This document shows positions 8,833 through 18,571 of a stretch of 64,000 bases of DNA, in pieces; within the stretch, counting starts at the first letter, position 1, and each line of letters opens with the position of its first letter. The DNA is from Actinomycetota bacterium (GTDB lineage Bacteria; Actinomycetota; Acidimicrobiia; Acidimicrobiales; Ilumatobacteraceae). The stretch is from assembly GCA_039185545.1 (NCBI GenBank), contig JBCDAK010000001.1:3652-67651 (forward strand). The letters are read 5' to 3'. The notes beneath the pieces were generated by a model that made no database searches, had not been told where the DNA came from, and worked only from the letters and a program-made list of their open reading frames with translations. The position numbers and the translations under genes are program-made.

Positions 8833-11800
8833 GAGCCGCCACCGCCGCGCCGCGACAGGGCGCGTCGTCGTCGAGCACCGCGCGCCGAACCGGAGTCGGC
8901 GGTCGGCCGGTCGGCCGAGGACCCGCTCGACGTGTCGGCCGCGCCGTTCGGCCGGGCCGCCGCCGGGACCTCCGCCCCGATCGTGCGGAGATGGGCGCCG
9001 AGCGTCCGGACGGTCGGGTAGCGGAAGACGTCGGTCAGCGCGATCGGTCCGGGAGAGCGCTCTTCGAGCTGGCGGAACACTCGCACCGCGAGGAGGGAGT
9101 GTCCGCCGATCTCGAAGAAGTTGTCGTCGAGGCCGAGTGGTCGGCCCAACGCGGCCGACCAGAGCGATGCCACGAGACCTTCGCTGTCGTCGTCGAACGC
9201 ACGGTCGACGAGGTCGGCCGTCGGCACCGTGGCCTCGCCGTCGACGACGTCGTGAGGAAGGGCGGCGGGAAGGGCGTTGCGGTCGACCTTCCCGTTGGGG
9301 GTCAGTGGCAGGACGTCGATCGGTCGGATGACGTCGGGGATCATGACCGACGGCAGCTCGGCGGCGGCGTGGGCCCGGAGGTCGTCGACCTCGAACCGAC
9401 CCGTCGACACCACGAACGCAGCGAGGATCGGGTCGATCGAGTCGCCACGGGGCACGACGATCGCCTGCACCACATCAGGGTGGCGGTCGAGCACCGACTC
9501 GATCTCTCCGAGCTCGATCCGGTGCCCGCGGATCTTCAGTTGGTTGTCGGACCGGCCGGCGAACTCGACCGTCCCGGCCGAGGTGAGACGGACGATGTCA
9601 CCAGTCGCGTACGTCCGACCGAGTGCGTCGCGATCGACGAAGCGTTCGGCCGTGAGCTCGGGGCGATCGTGGTAGCCGCGGGCGACGCCGAGTCCGCCGA
9701 TGTGCAGTTCCCCGTAGCCGCCGACCGGAAGCGGCCGACCGGCGTCGTCGAGCACGGTCACGGTGGTGTTGGCGATGGGCCGGCCGATCGGGATCGAGCC
9801 GTCGGCGACCGTGTCGATCTCGTGCACCAGCGACCAGATCGTGGTCTCGGTGGGCCCGTACATGTTCGTGAAACGGCCCGAGAGGATCTCGCGGAGCTGT
9901 CGAGCCAACGCGACCGGCAGCGCTTCGCCGCCGAGCAACAGGTGGCCCACGTCGGCGAGCGATCGTCGGTCGGCCGGGTCGGCGAGGAGCATCGCGGCGA
10001 GCGACGGCGTGCACTGGAGATGTGTGACGCCGTGACGTCCGACGAGTTCGGCGACCGTCTCGGCCCGGTCGGGATCGGAGGTTCGGTGAGGCGCGATCGT
10101 CCGCGTGTCGTTCTGATCATCGGCGCCGGAGCGAACCCGCTCGTCGACGAGCCGGCGCGTCTCGGCCAGCCGGTCGAACGACCCGAGCACGAGGTCGGTG
10201 TCGACGCCGAAGTCGATCAGGCAGGCGACCTCGTCGACCCCGACGGCGGCCACCCGGGCGATGACGTCAGCGGCGTCTTCGGGCGTTCCGAACAGTCCGC
10301 TGGTGTCGAGGTAGCGGGAGGCGGCCATGTCGAGCAACTGGTCCATCTCGTCGTCGGTGAGCGACTCGAACGCGGCGTCGTCGGCAGCTCCCGAGCCGGC
10401 GAAGGTGGGAAAGGAGGACGCCATGTTGCGGATGAGTCCGACGGCCGTCCCGAGGTACGCCTTCATCGGATCCCGCGCCGCCTCGACGGCGGAGTCGCGG
10501 TCCGCGTCGAGATACGTGTGGAGCATCAGCGTGACGTGGCCCTCGCCGGGATGTCCCGCCGCCCGCCACGCATGTCGGTATCGCTCGAGGTTGGCCGCGA
10601 GCTCGTCGATGTTCTGCCCGAGCAGGTGCGTCAGCACGTTCAGGCCGAGCGCGCCCGCTCGCTCGAACGTGGCGGGGGTTCCCGCCGACGTGAGCCACAC
10701 GGGCAACTCCTCCTGGACCGGTCGCGGCAACGTCGACGTCGAAACGGGGGAGCCGTCGTGACCGACGAGGTCGACGGCCTCGCCTCGCCACAGGGAGCGG
10801 ACCGTGTCGATGAGGTGCGGGAGATGCTCCCGTGCCCGCCCGTACTCGGACGGGTTGAGAACGAAGTCGTTCGGCTGCCATCCCGGCGCGAACGAGATGC
10901 CCACGCGGCCGCCCGACAGGTTGTCGACCACCGACCACTCCTCGGCGACCCGTACCGGTGAGTGGAGGGGGAGCACCACGCTTCCCGCCCGGATGGCGAC
11001 TCGGGAGGTGGTGGCCGCGACGGCAGCACCGACGACGCTCGGGTTCGGGTACGCCCCGCCGAACTCGTGGAAGTGGCGCTCCGGGGTCCACACCGCTTCG
11101 AATCCGTTCGCGTCGGCGAACCGGGCACCCTCGAGCAGAAGGCGATATCCGTCGACACCGGCCGAGGCGTCTCCGGCGGCGAAGTAGAAGAGGCTCATCG
11201 ACACCGGTCGAGTCGGTACGGGGTCGTGCGATGCCGGTGCGCGGACGGCTCGGGCCGTGGGAGCCGTCGTCACGGATCGGGCGCCGCTGTCCGCCTTGAG
11301 GACGACGTGGAAGCCACGAGCCAGGGTCCACAGGAGCTCGAGGACCGAGATGTCGAAGGACAGACTGGTGACGGCGAGCCACACGCCGGGCGGATCGTGG
11401 TCGATGACCTCGTCCATCGCCGCGAAGAAGTTCACGACGTTTCCGTGCTCGAGCATCACGCCCTTGGGGACACCGGTCGACCCCGAGGTGTAGATGACGT
11501 AGGCGAGGTCGTCGGCGGTGTGGTCGGTGTGGGCGGCGTGCGCGGATCCCGGACCGTCAAGGTCGCCGGCCGTCTCCGTGGTGGCAGTGGGATCGACGTC
11601 GGAGGGATCGACGACGGTGAGCCCCTCGGTGACGAGCGACATCTCGTCGCCGGCCACCAGGATCGTCAGCTCGGAGTCGGCGACCATGTGCTGGAGGCGA
11701 TCGGTCGGATACGCAGGGTCGAGCGGAACATACGCGGCGCCGGTCCGGAGCGTCGCGAGCACCGATGTGACGAGTTCCACGCTGCGGGGCACCGCCAGAC

Positions 11801-13649
11801 CGACCCGGGTGCCGGGGCCGGCACCGAGGCCGCGGAGACGCGCCGCGAGCCGGTCGGCTCGTGCGACGAGATCGCCGTACGACACGGTGGAGTCGCCCCA
11901 GGTGAGTGCTGCCGAGTCGGGTGTCGCCGTCGCCTGCTTCCAGACGAGCCCGTCGACCGTGGCGGTCGTGTCGATGTCGACGCGGGTGTCGTTGAGCGTC
12001 TCGAACGCTTCACGATCGGCGAGTGTGACGACGTCGATCTCGGCCGGCGACGTGTCCGCACCGAGCGCTGCGAGCACCGACTCGACCCTCTCGAGCCAGC
12101 CGCGGGCGACGTCGCCGGGGACGTCGGATCGGTGCCGCAGTCGAAGCCGGCCGGCGGCGACATTGAACCAGAGGAGCGTCGACTCGCCGGGGCGATCCAA
12201 GTCGACGTGCTCGCCGATCCGGAGGAGCACCCGTGGATCGGCGGGTGTGACCTCGGGTCGGCGTCCGATGAGGTCGGCGAGGAACGGGCCGAGCTCGGTG
12301 ATCTCGGCGAGCTCGGCCTCGACGGCCGCGAGGAGGTCGGCGGCGGCGACGTGGTCGACCCGGAGGTCTGCGATCGGGGCGCGGACGAGCGGCCCGAACG
12401 ACGCAATGGTGTCGGCGGTGCTCCGGTCGGGGACGACGGCGAGGTGCGCCCGGTCGGCACCGGCGCTGCGGGCGAGCGTCAGCGCGATGGCGGCGACCGC
12501 CTCGGCGTTCGTGCCGACCGACACCTCGCCGAGATCGATCCACGAGCGTGACGCGACCGACAGGTCGGAGGTCGAGTCGACGATCTCGGCGAGTTCGGTG
12601 AGCGATGTGACCGGATCGAGTCGGGAGAGTCGCTGCGCCCATGCGTTCTCGTGACGGGCCGAACGTCGATCGAGCGCGGCGAATCGCTCGACGGTCGAGG
12701 TCGGGGTCGGATCGAGTCGGTCGCCGATGCCGAGCGCGGCGTCGGCCATCAGCTCGGCTGCATCGATGATCGAGCCGTCGAGCGCCCGCAGCGCGAGCTC
12801 GATCTCGCCGCCGAGCGTCGTGAGTCGGATCCGGTCGCCTCGAGCGTCGACGACGGTCGCAGGAGGCCCTGAGGGTGGAGCGGAGGGCGCACCGGCGGTC
12901 ACGGACGACGAGTGAGCGGCCACCCAGGACTCGCCGATGCGGAGGAGAGGCACTCCGATCCGGTTGGCCGACAGTCCGCCGAGATCGAGTGCTCGGACCA
13001 GTCGGTCGATGTCGACGGCGGCTGCCGACGGGTCGAGGATGCGCGCCGGTCGATCGACCCGGAGGAACGTCGTCGATGCGCGATCGGGTTGGGGGGAGCG
13101 ATCCACGGACCCGTCGGCGATCGCTCGCGCGAGGTCGGGGAACGACGAAAGCGCCGCTTCGTAGCAGCGCGCGTTGAGGGAGAACGCGGTCTCGTCGTCC
13201 GCGATCGCGAACTCTCGGACCGTCGCGATGTCGCCGCGGTCGACGTTCGACGACATGTGGTGCCAGGTGATGGCGTGGTGTCGGCGGTCGTCGAGGAGGG
13301 CCCAGGAGGTCACGTTGAGACCGACCAGATCGGGGAGCGGCCCGTCGTGGAAGTTCAGTGCGAGGTCGGCCCGCGCGAGCAGTGCGTCGGGCACGATCCG
13401 GAGGTGCGCGATGGACATCAACACGTCGACCTCGCCGTCGAGACCGACGTCGGCGAGGTCGGACGCGATGTCTCCGTCGGACCGGACGACCGGGATCCCC
13501 AGCTCGTCGGCGAGCCGGGTGACGCGCGGATGGACGGTGGCCATCCCGACGACGTCGATGCCGTGGGCGCGGGCGATCTCGACGCACTGGCCGGTGAGCG
13601 GTTCGTCGCCGATGACGATGGCGCGCTTCGTCGGACGGATCGACTGCAT
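8829..13649 (-). CDS. NRPS starter protein: formyltransferase - degenerate C-like spacer - adenylation domain interrupted by a luciferase-like monooxygenase - PCP
   Basis: Formyltransferase LNFHDGPLP and VDRGD; A motifs YVPLDP, YTSGSTGVPKG, FDIS, NMYGPTETT, GELHIGG, YATGD, GRSDNQLKIRGHRIELGEIE, NGKVDR; LLM SLFYF, AVWTPERHF, GGAYPNP, GSVVLPLH; PCP GGHSL. The stop overlaps the PKS start (8829-8832). Confidence 0.93.
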   Translation of the reverse strand: MQSIRPTKRAIVIGDEPLTGQCVEIARAHGIDVVGMATVHPRVTRLADELGIPVVRSDGDIASDLADVGLDGEVDVLMSIAHLRIVPDALLARADLALNFHDGPLPDLVGLNVTSWALLDDRRHHAITWHHMSSNVDRGDIATVREFAIADDETAFSLNARCYEAALSSFPDLARAIADGSVDRSPQPDRASTTFLRVDRPARILDPSAAAVDIDRLVRALDLGGLSANRIGVPLLRIGESWVAAHSSSVTAGAPSAPPSGPPATVVDARGDRIRLTTLGGEIELALRALDGSIIDAAELMADAALGIGDRLDPTPTSTVERFAALDRRSARHENAWAQRLSRLDPVTSLTELAEIVDSTSDLSVASRSWIDLGEVSVGTNAEAVAAIALTLARSAGADRAHLAVVPDRSTADTIASFGPLVRAPIADLRVDHVAAADLLAAVEAELAEITELGPFLADLIGRRPEVTPADPRVLLRIGEHVDLDRPGESTLLWFNVAAGRLRLRHRSDVPGDVARGWLERVESVLAALGADTSPAEIDVVTLADREAFETLNDTRVDIDTTATVDGLVWKQATATPDSAALTWGDSTVSYGDLVARADRLAARLRGLGAGPGTRVGLAVPRSVELVTSVLATLRTGAAYVPLDPAYPTDRLQHMVADSELTILVAGDEMSLVTEGLTVVDPSDVDPTATTETAGDLDGPGSAHAAHTDHTADDLAYVIYTSGSTGVPKGVMLEHGNVVNFFAAMDEVIDHDPPGVWLAVTSLSFDISVLELLWTLARGFHVVLKADSGARSVTTAPTARAVRAPASHDPVPTRPVSMSLFYFAAGDASAGVDGYRLLLEGARFADANGFEAVWTPERHFHEFGGAYPNPSVVGAAVAATTSRVAIRAGSVVLPLHSPVRVAEEWSVVDNLSGGRVGISFAPGWQPNDFVLNPSEYGRAREHLPHLIDTVRSLWRGEAVDLVGHDGSPVSTSTLPRPVQEELPVWLTSAGTPATFERAGALGLNVLTHLLGQNIDELAANLERYRHAWRAAGHPGEGHVTLMLHTYLDADRDSAVEAARDPMKAYLGTAVGLIRNMASSFPTFAGSGAADDAAFESLTDDEMDQLLDMAASRYLDTSGLFGTPEDAADVIARVAAVGVDEVACLIDFGVDTDLVLGSFDRLAETRRLVDERVRSGADDQNDTRTIAPHRTSDPDRAETVAELVGRHGVTHLQCTPSLAAMLLADPADRRSLADVGHLLLGGEALPVALARQLREILSGRFTNMYGPTETTIWSLVHEIDTVADGSIPIGRPIANTTVTVLDDAGRPLPVGGYGELHIGGLGVARGYHDRPELTAERFVDRDALGRTYATGDIVRLTSAGTVEFAGRSDNQLKIRGHRIELGEIESVLDRHPDVVQAIVVPRGDSIDPILAAFVVSTGRFEVDDLRAHAAAELPSVMIPDVIRPIDVLPLTPNGKVDRNALPAALPHDVVDGEATVPTADLVDRAFDDDSEGLVASLWSAALGRPLGLDDNFFEIGGHSLLAVRVFRQLEERSPGPIALTDVFRYPTVRTLGAHLRTIGAEVPAAARPNGAADTSSGSSADRPTADSGSARGARRRRALSRRGGGGS

Positions 13650-13769
13650 ACGTGTGTGTCGACGGGGCGGTCTCGATACTGAAGTCGACGCTCGGAGCGT
13701 ACCGCCGGCCCGCGCGCGCGAGCCGGAGTCGCTCGGGGCTGCGGTGGCTGTCCCGGTGGGTCGTCGGGG

Positions 13770-14906
13770 TCAGTCGGCGGACGACGCTGCGGCGAGCGAG
13801 TGCAGGCGCTCGATCGTGATGGCGGCGTTGGCGCGTACGTCGAACCGCTCGGTGGCGAGTTCGCGACCGCGACGGGACATCGACCCCCACCGCGTCGCGT
13901 CGTCGACGATCGATTCGATCGCGGCACCGAGTTCGCCCGGCCGCTCGGGAGCGACGAGGAGGCCACTGACCCCGTCGTCGACGATGTCAGCCGAGCCGCC
14001 GACGGTCGACTGCACCACGGGCAGGCCGGTCGCCATCGCCTCGATCGCGGCGATCCCGAAGCACTCGCCACGGCTCGGGAGGACGAACACGTGGGCGCGC
14101 CGGTACAGCTCGAGGAGCTGGGGGGAGTTGGGCGTGAGGTCGTCGTGGACGCGCACGCCGGGGCGGGCGTCGACCGGTTCCCGCGTGACCAGGTCGATCT
14201 CGATGTCGGAGCGACCGCTCGCGGCGTGCCACGAGAGCAGGTCGTGTCCGCCCTTGCGGGCGAAGTCACTGCCGACGAACAGCACGCGGATCGGGCCGTC
14301 GTGGCCCGGAGACATCCGCTCGACGGGTTGCCATCGGTCGAGATGGACACCCGGCGGATTGACGAACACCTTGTCGGGGTCGATCCCGTAGTCGTCGACG
14401 ACTGATCGCGCAGCCCAGTGTGACCACGCCTGGAGAGCGACGACGCTCTCGAGCAGACGCTTCTGCAGCACGAACTTCAACTTCGCGAGCGGCGCCGGAT
14501 CGGGCGTCGGGGTGTAGTCGGGCATCGCGTCGAGCTGGACCGGTGTCGAGTCGAAGTCGAACATCGTCGGTGTCGCCCGGAAGCGACGGACGAAGAGCAG
14601 GGCGATCGACGCATTCGTGAAGATCACGTCCTTGTCGACGCCGGCGAGCCCCCGCCGCATCTCGACTGCACCCCGGGACACGCCGCGCACGTATCCGGGG
14701 ACGATGCGGACGGCATCGGCGAACCTCTCGATGCGGCCGGACTCGCTGTAGTAGTCGACCTCGATCCATCGCGGATCGAGCGAGCCGTCGTCGTCGACGG
14801 CGCCGCGGAGGTTGTGGTACCTCGTGACGTGACCCGCGATCTGGTCCATTGCGAACGCGACACGCGGACGTGACGGAGGTGGACTCGGGGAGACGACGTT
14901 CTCCAC
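13770..14906 (-). CDS. Glycosyltransferase family 4
   Basis: VLFVGSDFARKGG and FVLPSRGECFGIAAIEAMATGLPVV (GT4 ExF/G..E signature). Confidence 0.92.
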   Translation of the reverse strand: MENVVSPSPPPSRPRVAFAMDQIAGHVTRYHNLRGAVDDDGSLDPRWIEVDYYSESGRIERFADAVRIVPGYVRGVSRGAVEMRRGLAGVDKDVIFTNASIALLFVRRFRATPTMFDFDSTPVQLDAMPDYTPTPDPAPLAKLKFVLQKRLLESVVALQAWSHWAARSVVDDYGIDPDKVFVNPPGVHLDRWQPVERMSPGHDGPIRVLFVGSDFARKGGHDLLSWHAASGRSDIEIDLVTREPVDARPGVRVHDDLTPNSPQLLELYRRAHVFVLPSRGECFGIAAIEAMATGLPVVQSTVGGSADIVDDGVSGLLVAPERPGELGAAIESIVDDATRWGSMSRRGRELATERFDVRANAAITIERLHSLAAASSAD

Positions 14907-15024
14907 GCGGCGCGAACACTAGCGATCGGCGGCCGGCGGTCGTGGGAGTTTCGTGCCCGCTCGTGCCAGAAGCGCGTCGTCCCCGCCGCGGACCAGCCGA
15001 TGACCAACCGCGGAACGGTCGGGA

Positions 15025-16269
15025 TCAGATGTCGGCCGGTTCGGCGAGGAACGGTCGAACGAGACCGCCGGGGTGGCGGAGGACGGCCTTCGCGAACGAC
15101 AGCGACGGCCGTGGATCGTCGAGTTGGAACGAGGCGCCGACCGTCGGCTCGACGGCGTACCGGAGCGCACCGCGGACAGCAGCGACGCGGTCGGGTCCGA
15201 GCACCGTGCGAACCGCGAGGCCCGTGTAGAGGTGGATCCCGGTGGTCCAACTCGTCGGTGTGCGCCGGGAGGGCCGAGGGTCTGGCACGTCGACGGTCGC
15301 GACGTCGCGGAGCCACATCGCCGGCAGGTCGTTGCCCCGGCCGATGTCGAGCGCCACCTGGCCGTAGGTGCGCGGGTTCAGGTCGATGGCCCAGTGGTCT
15401 CCGGTCGACGGATCGAACAGCACCTCGAACTCGAAGATCCCGTGGCCCAGGATCTGTCGGGCGGCCTCGATGGCCGCCTCGGTGAACGGCTGCTCGTCGG
15501 CGGTCTCGAAGCGGATGCCGATGCCGAGTCCGGGAGGCCACTGGTGGGTCTTGCGGGAGTGGCCGACTCCGTGGACCGCACCGTCTCGCGCGAGATAGCC
15601 GGTGATGCTGATCACTTCGAGGCCTCGCCGTTCCACGTACTCCTGGACCAGTGGCCACCCGAGCTCCGGGTCGTGGCGAAGTGCTCCGCGGCTGTGCTCG
15701 TCGACCTCGTGCGGGGTGAACACCCGCTCGGCCTCGTCGAGATCGCGCACCACGTCGCCTCGATGGACGCCGACCCCCACGTGTGATCGCGGCTTCGCCA
15801 CCACGGGCAACCCGACCGCCTCGACCGCGTCGATCGCGTCAGCCGTGGTCGTGGGCGCCCGCGTGTGGGGTCCGGGGAACCCGACGCGGTCGAGCGCTCG
15901 GGCGAATCGGTCCTTGAACAGACAGTCGAGCAGTCCGTCGATCGGCGGGAGTCCGAGGTCTCGATCGATCGACGGGTGAGTCGCTGCCTCCGCGGCGTTG
16001 AACGCGACGTAGTCGGAGGTCGGCGCCACGAGGTCGATGTCGCCTCTCCCCAACCGGTCGACCAACCACTCGGTGAACTCGTCGCTCCACAGGACGGTCG
16101 GACACTCCTCGAACGCATCGACGAACCGCGACCGACGCGTCATCACGTCGGGCCGGTGTCCGAAGACGATCGTGGGGACGTCCCGACGGCCGAGTGACCG
16201 GGCGAACGCCAGGCCGGTCGGGAGGTCGGCGTCGAAGACGGCGACGGTCGGCAGACCGCGGCGACTCAC
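15025..16269 (-). CDS. ATP-grasp carboxylate-amine ligase (D-aspartate ligase-like)
   Basis: This is the real C-terminal part of the 1220-aa track ORF. GTG at 16269 overlaps the upstream TGA. Motifs: GLAFARSLG, LVAPTSD, FKDRF, PVVAKP, LVQEYV, GIFEFE, IDLNPR. Confidence 0.8.
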   Translation of the reverse strand: MSRRGLPTVAVFDADLPTGLAFARSLGRRDVPTIVFGHRPDVMTRRSRFVDAFEECPTVLWSDEFTEWLVDRLGRGDIDLVAPTSDYVAFNAAEAATHPSIDRDLGLPPIDGLLDCLFKDRFARALDRVGFPGPHTRAPTTTADAIDAVEAVGLPVVAKPRSHVGVGVHRGDVVRDLDEAERVFTPHEVDEHSRGALRHDPELGWPLVQEYVERRGLEVISITGYLARDGAVHGVGHSRKTHQWPPGLGIGIRFETADEQPFTEAAIEAARQILGHGIFEFEVLFDPSTGDHWAIDLNPRTYGQVALDIGRGNDLPAMWLRDVATVDVPDPRPSRRTPTSWTTGIHLYTGLAVRTVLGPDRVAAVRGALRYAVEPTVGASFQLDDPRPSLSFAKAVLRHPGGLVRPFLAEPADI

Positions 16270-17816
16270 GAGGCGGCGTCGACGGGTGTCGCCGCGTGTT
16301 CGTTCGATCCCGTGGTCTCGGCGCCGACTGCGGGCGGGTTCGTGGCGTCGAGTGGGACGAAGTGGTCGCGACGGATCATGTCGCCGAAGGTCTCGCGATC
16401 CTGGGCGACGGTGACCCCGTCCGGATCGACGACGACGATGGCCGGGCGAGGGAACGAGAACGTCGTGGAGAACGGCACGCAGTAGGCACCGGTGTCGAGG
16501 ATGGCCAGGCGATCCCCGGTCCGGACCTCGGGCAGTCGCCAGTTGTTGTAGAGCACGTCGGCCGGCGTGCAGATGGGACCGGCGATGCGGTACGACCGAT
16601 CGGCCGGACCGAGCGGATCGCCGGCGTGGAGGAGGCCGTGGTACTCGTTCGACACCGCTTCGGCGATGTTGATCCCGGCGTCGGCGATGACGTGCCAGGG
16701 CTCGCCGTCGGCCTTGACGTCGTGCACGGTGGTGATGAGCAGCTGGGTGTCGGCGGTGAGAGCGCGACCGGGCTCGAGGATCGCCCGCGGGACGGTGAGG
16801 CCACGCGACCCGAAGTGCTGTTCGAGCATCCGCGTCGCCGACTCGCCGGCGCCGCGCACCGACACGAAGTCGTCGGTGGACGGCGGCAGGAGGTCGGTGC
16901 CGTAGGCCCGGTTGGCCCGGAAGTCGATCGCCGGGATGGCGCCGACGGTCGCGCAGGCGAGGCTGCCGCCGAGATCGAGCATCTCCGGCGACCAGCCGGT
17001 CGCCTCGGTGACCGCATCGCAGAACGCGAGCACGTCGTTCACGTACGCCTCGTACTCGGCGCGGGTCCGCATGGTGACGCCACGGTGGAAGTGGAGTGCC
17101 TTCAGGTCGAGGTGCTCGGCGGCGAGTGCCGTGCGGATGGCTCCGAGCGCCTCGTCGGACCACGAACGGATGCCGAACTGGCCGGCCCACATGCCGGGCA
17201 GCGCGATGCGGACGCCCACGGTCGCGCTGCGGCCCTCGTCGGCGGCGATCGCCTCGATGACGTCGATCTCGCTCGCCGAGTTGGCGTTGATCAGCAGGAT
17301 CCCGCGTTGGATGGCGCCGCGCACGGACTCGGCCGACTTGACCGGTCCGTTGTAGATGGTGCGCTCGGCCGGGACGCCGAGCTGGTGTGCCATCCACAAC
17401 TCGTAGGCCGAGATGACCTCGGCTCCGATGCCCGCTCGGTGCATCCGCTCGAGCGCCGCGGGGATGGGATTCGTCTTGTACGAGTAGTAGACGTCGGCGG
17501 GTCCGGCGGCGACGTCGGCGAGTCGGGCGTCGAGTCGGGCTCCGTCGATGACGTGGAGCGGCGATCCGTACTCGTCGGCGAGATCGCCGAGCGGGCGGCC
17601 GTGCAGCAGAAGTCCCCGATCGTCGGACTCGAGGCCGTGCTCGGAGAGCACCGGGTCGGGGCGCCGTGGGCGCCGCTCGGCCCACTTCGCGCCCAGCTGA
17701 TCTCGAACGAGTGCCTTCGCTCGACCTGCGATGTCCATCTTCCGCCTCGATCCTGTCGTGTCTGGGTCTGCCGTGTACCGGGGAAGTGGGTCGAGTGCCG
17801 CCAACCCGTCGGACAC
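16266..17816 (-). CDS. PLP-dependent group IV (diaminopimelate decarboxylase-like) amino acid decarboxylase; start may be the ATG at 17738
   Basis: YGSPLHV, YSYKTN (PLP Lys), [37 protein letters not shown]. Confidence 0.88.
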   Translation of the reverse strand: MSDGLAALDPLPRYTADPDTTGSRRKMDIAGRAKALVRDQLGAKWAERRPRRPDPVLSEHGLESDDRGLLLHGRPLGDLADEYGSPLHVIDGARLDARLADVAAGPADVYYSYKTNPIPAALERMHRAGIGAEVISAYELWMAHQLGVPAERTIYNGPVKSAESVRGAIQRGILLINANSASEIDVIEAIAADEGRSATVGVRIALPGMWAGQFGIRSWSDEALGAIRTALAAEHLDLKALHFHRGVTMRTRAEYEAYVNDVLAFCDAVTEATGWSPEMLDLGGSLACATVGAIPAIDFRANRAYGTDLLPPSTDDFVSVRGAGESATRMLEQHFGSRGLTVPRAILEPGRALTADTQLLITTVHDVKADGEPWHVIADAGINIAEAVSNEYHGLLHAGDPLGPADRSYRIAGPICTPADVLYNNWRLPEVRTGDRLAILDTGAYCVPFSTTFSFPRPAIVVVDPDGVTVAQDRETFGDMIRRDHFVPLDATNPPAVGAETTGSNEHAATPVDAAS

Positions 17817-18411
17817 GATACCCGTGTGTCATTCGACGGTCGCTCCGTGGGCGGTACGGTTCGCGCTCGTGCTCGGTCGGTTCGTGACGCTGTTCGACGA
17901 CGTGCTGCGCGTCGCGCGTGCCCGCTGGTTCCTGCGCTCGGCGAGCCAGCTCGGTCCGCGGGTCCGTCTGCGCGGGCGGCCGCGGGTCGCCGTGAAGGGC
18001 GATCTCGTCATCGGTGACCGCGTCCAGTTCGAGTCGGCGGTCGCCCGCCTCGAGATCGGGGTGGGTCCGGGCGCCCGCATGGAGATCGGTGAGCGGACCC
18101 TCGTCAACTACGGGTGTTCGATCGTCGCGCTCGACCGCGTGACGATCGGCGAGCGCTGCCTGATCGGCACACACTGTCTCGTCATGGACACGCCGTTCCA
18201 CGGCGTCGACCCCGATCGACGGCTCGATCCCGATCCTCCCGAGCCGGTCACCATCGGCGACAACGTGTGGCTCGGGGCGCGGGTCGTCGTGACGCCGGGC
18301 GTCACGATCGGTGACGACTCGGTCATCGGGATCGGGAGCATCGTCACGAAGGACATCCCGCCGCGCAGCCTGGCGGTGGGTGCACCGGCCGAGGTGGTTC
18401 GCACCCTCTGA
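17731..18411 (+). CDS. Hexapeptide-repeat O-acyltransferase (maltose/galactoside acetyltransferase family); true start probably downstream (e.g. GTG 17884)
   Basis: Left-handed beta-helix repeats: [44 protein letters not shown]. Confidence 0.88.
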   Translation: MSIFRLDPVVSGSAVYRGSGSSAANPSDTIPVCHSTVAPWAVRFALVLGRFVTLFDDVLRVARARWFLRSASQLGPRVRLRGRPRVAVKGDLVIGDRVQFESAVARLEIGVGPGARMEIGERTLVNYGCSIVALDRVTIGERCLIGTHCLVMDTPFHGVDPDRRLDPDPPEPVTIGDNVWLGARVVVTPGVTIGDDSVIGIGSIVTKDIPPRSLAVGAPAEVVRTL

Positions 18412-18571
18412 TCGGCGGACCGATCGCGTGCCTGCCCGGGTGGACGGACCGGGCGAGCCGACCGGGCGCGTCTGGCCCGGCGAGCGGAGCGGTGCCACCC
18501 TCCGCGCCGGGCCTCGCGCGGTGCGATGTTTCGTTCGAGACTCCGAACGACTGTGACAAACTCGCGGGCCG

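Noticed and set aside
5372-8878. 1168-aa minus ORF and other long alternative-frame ORFs over the PKS/NRPS (e.g. 8523..10961 +, 12010..13890 -)
   Set aside because: Stop-poor off-frames of ~70% GC DNA with Arg/Gly/Pro bias and no motifs.
16266-17816. Calling this gene lysA
   Set aside because: The fold matches, but the context (ATP-grasp, GT, NRPS) points to a specialised paralogue, so no symbol was assigned.
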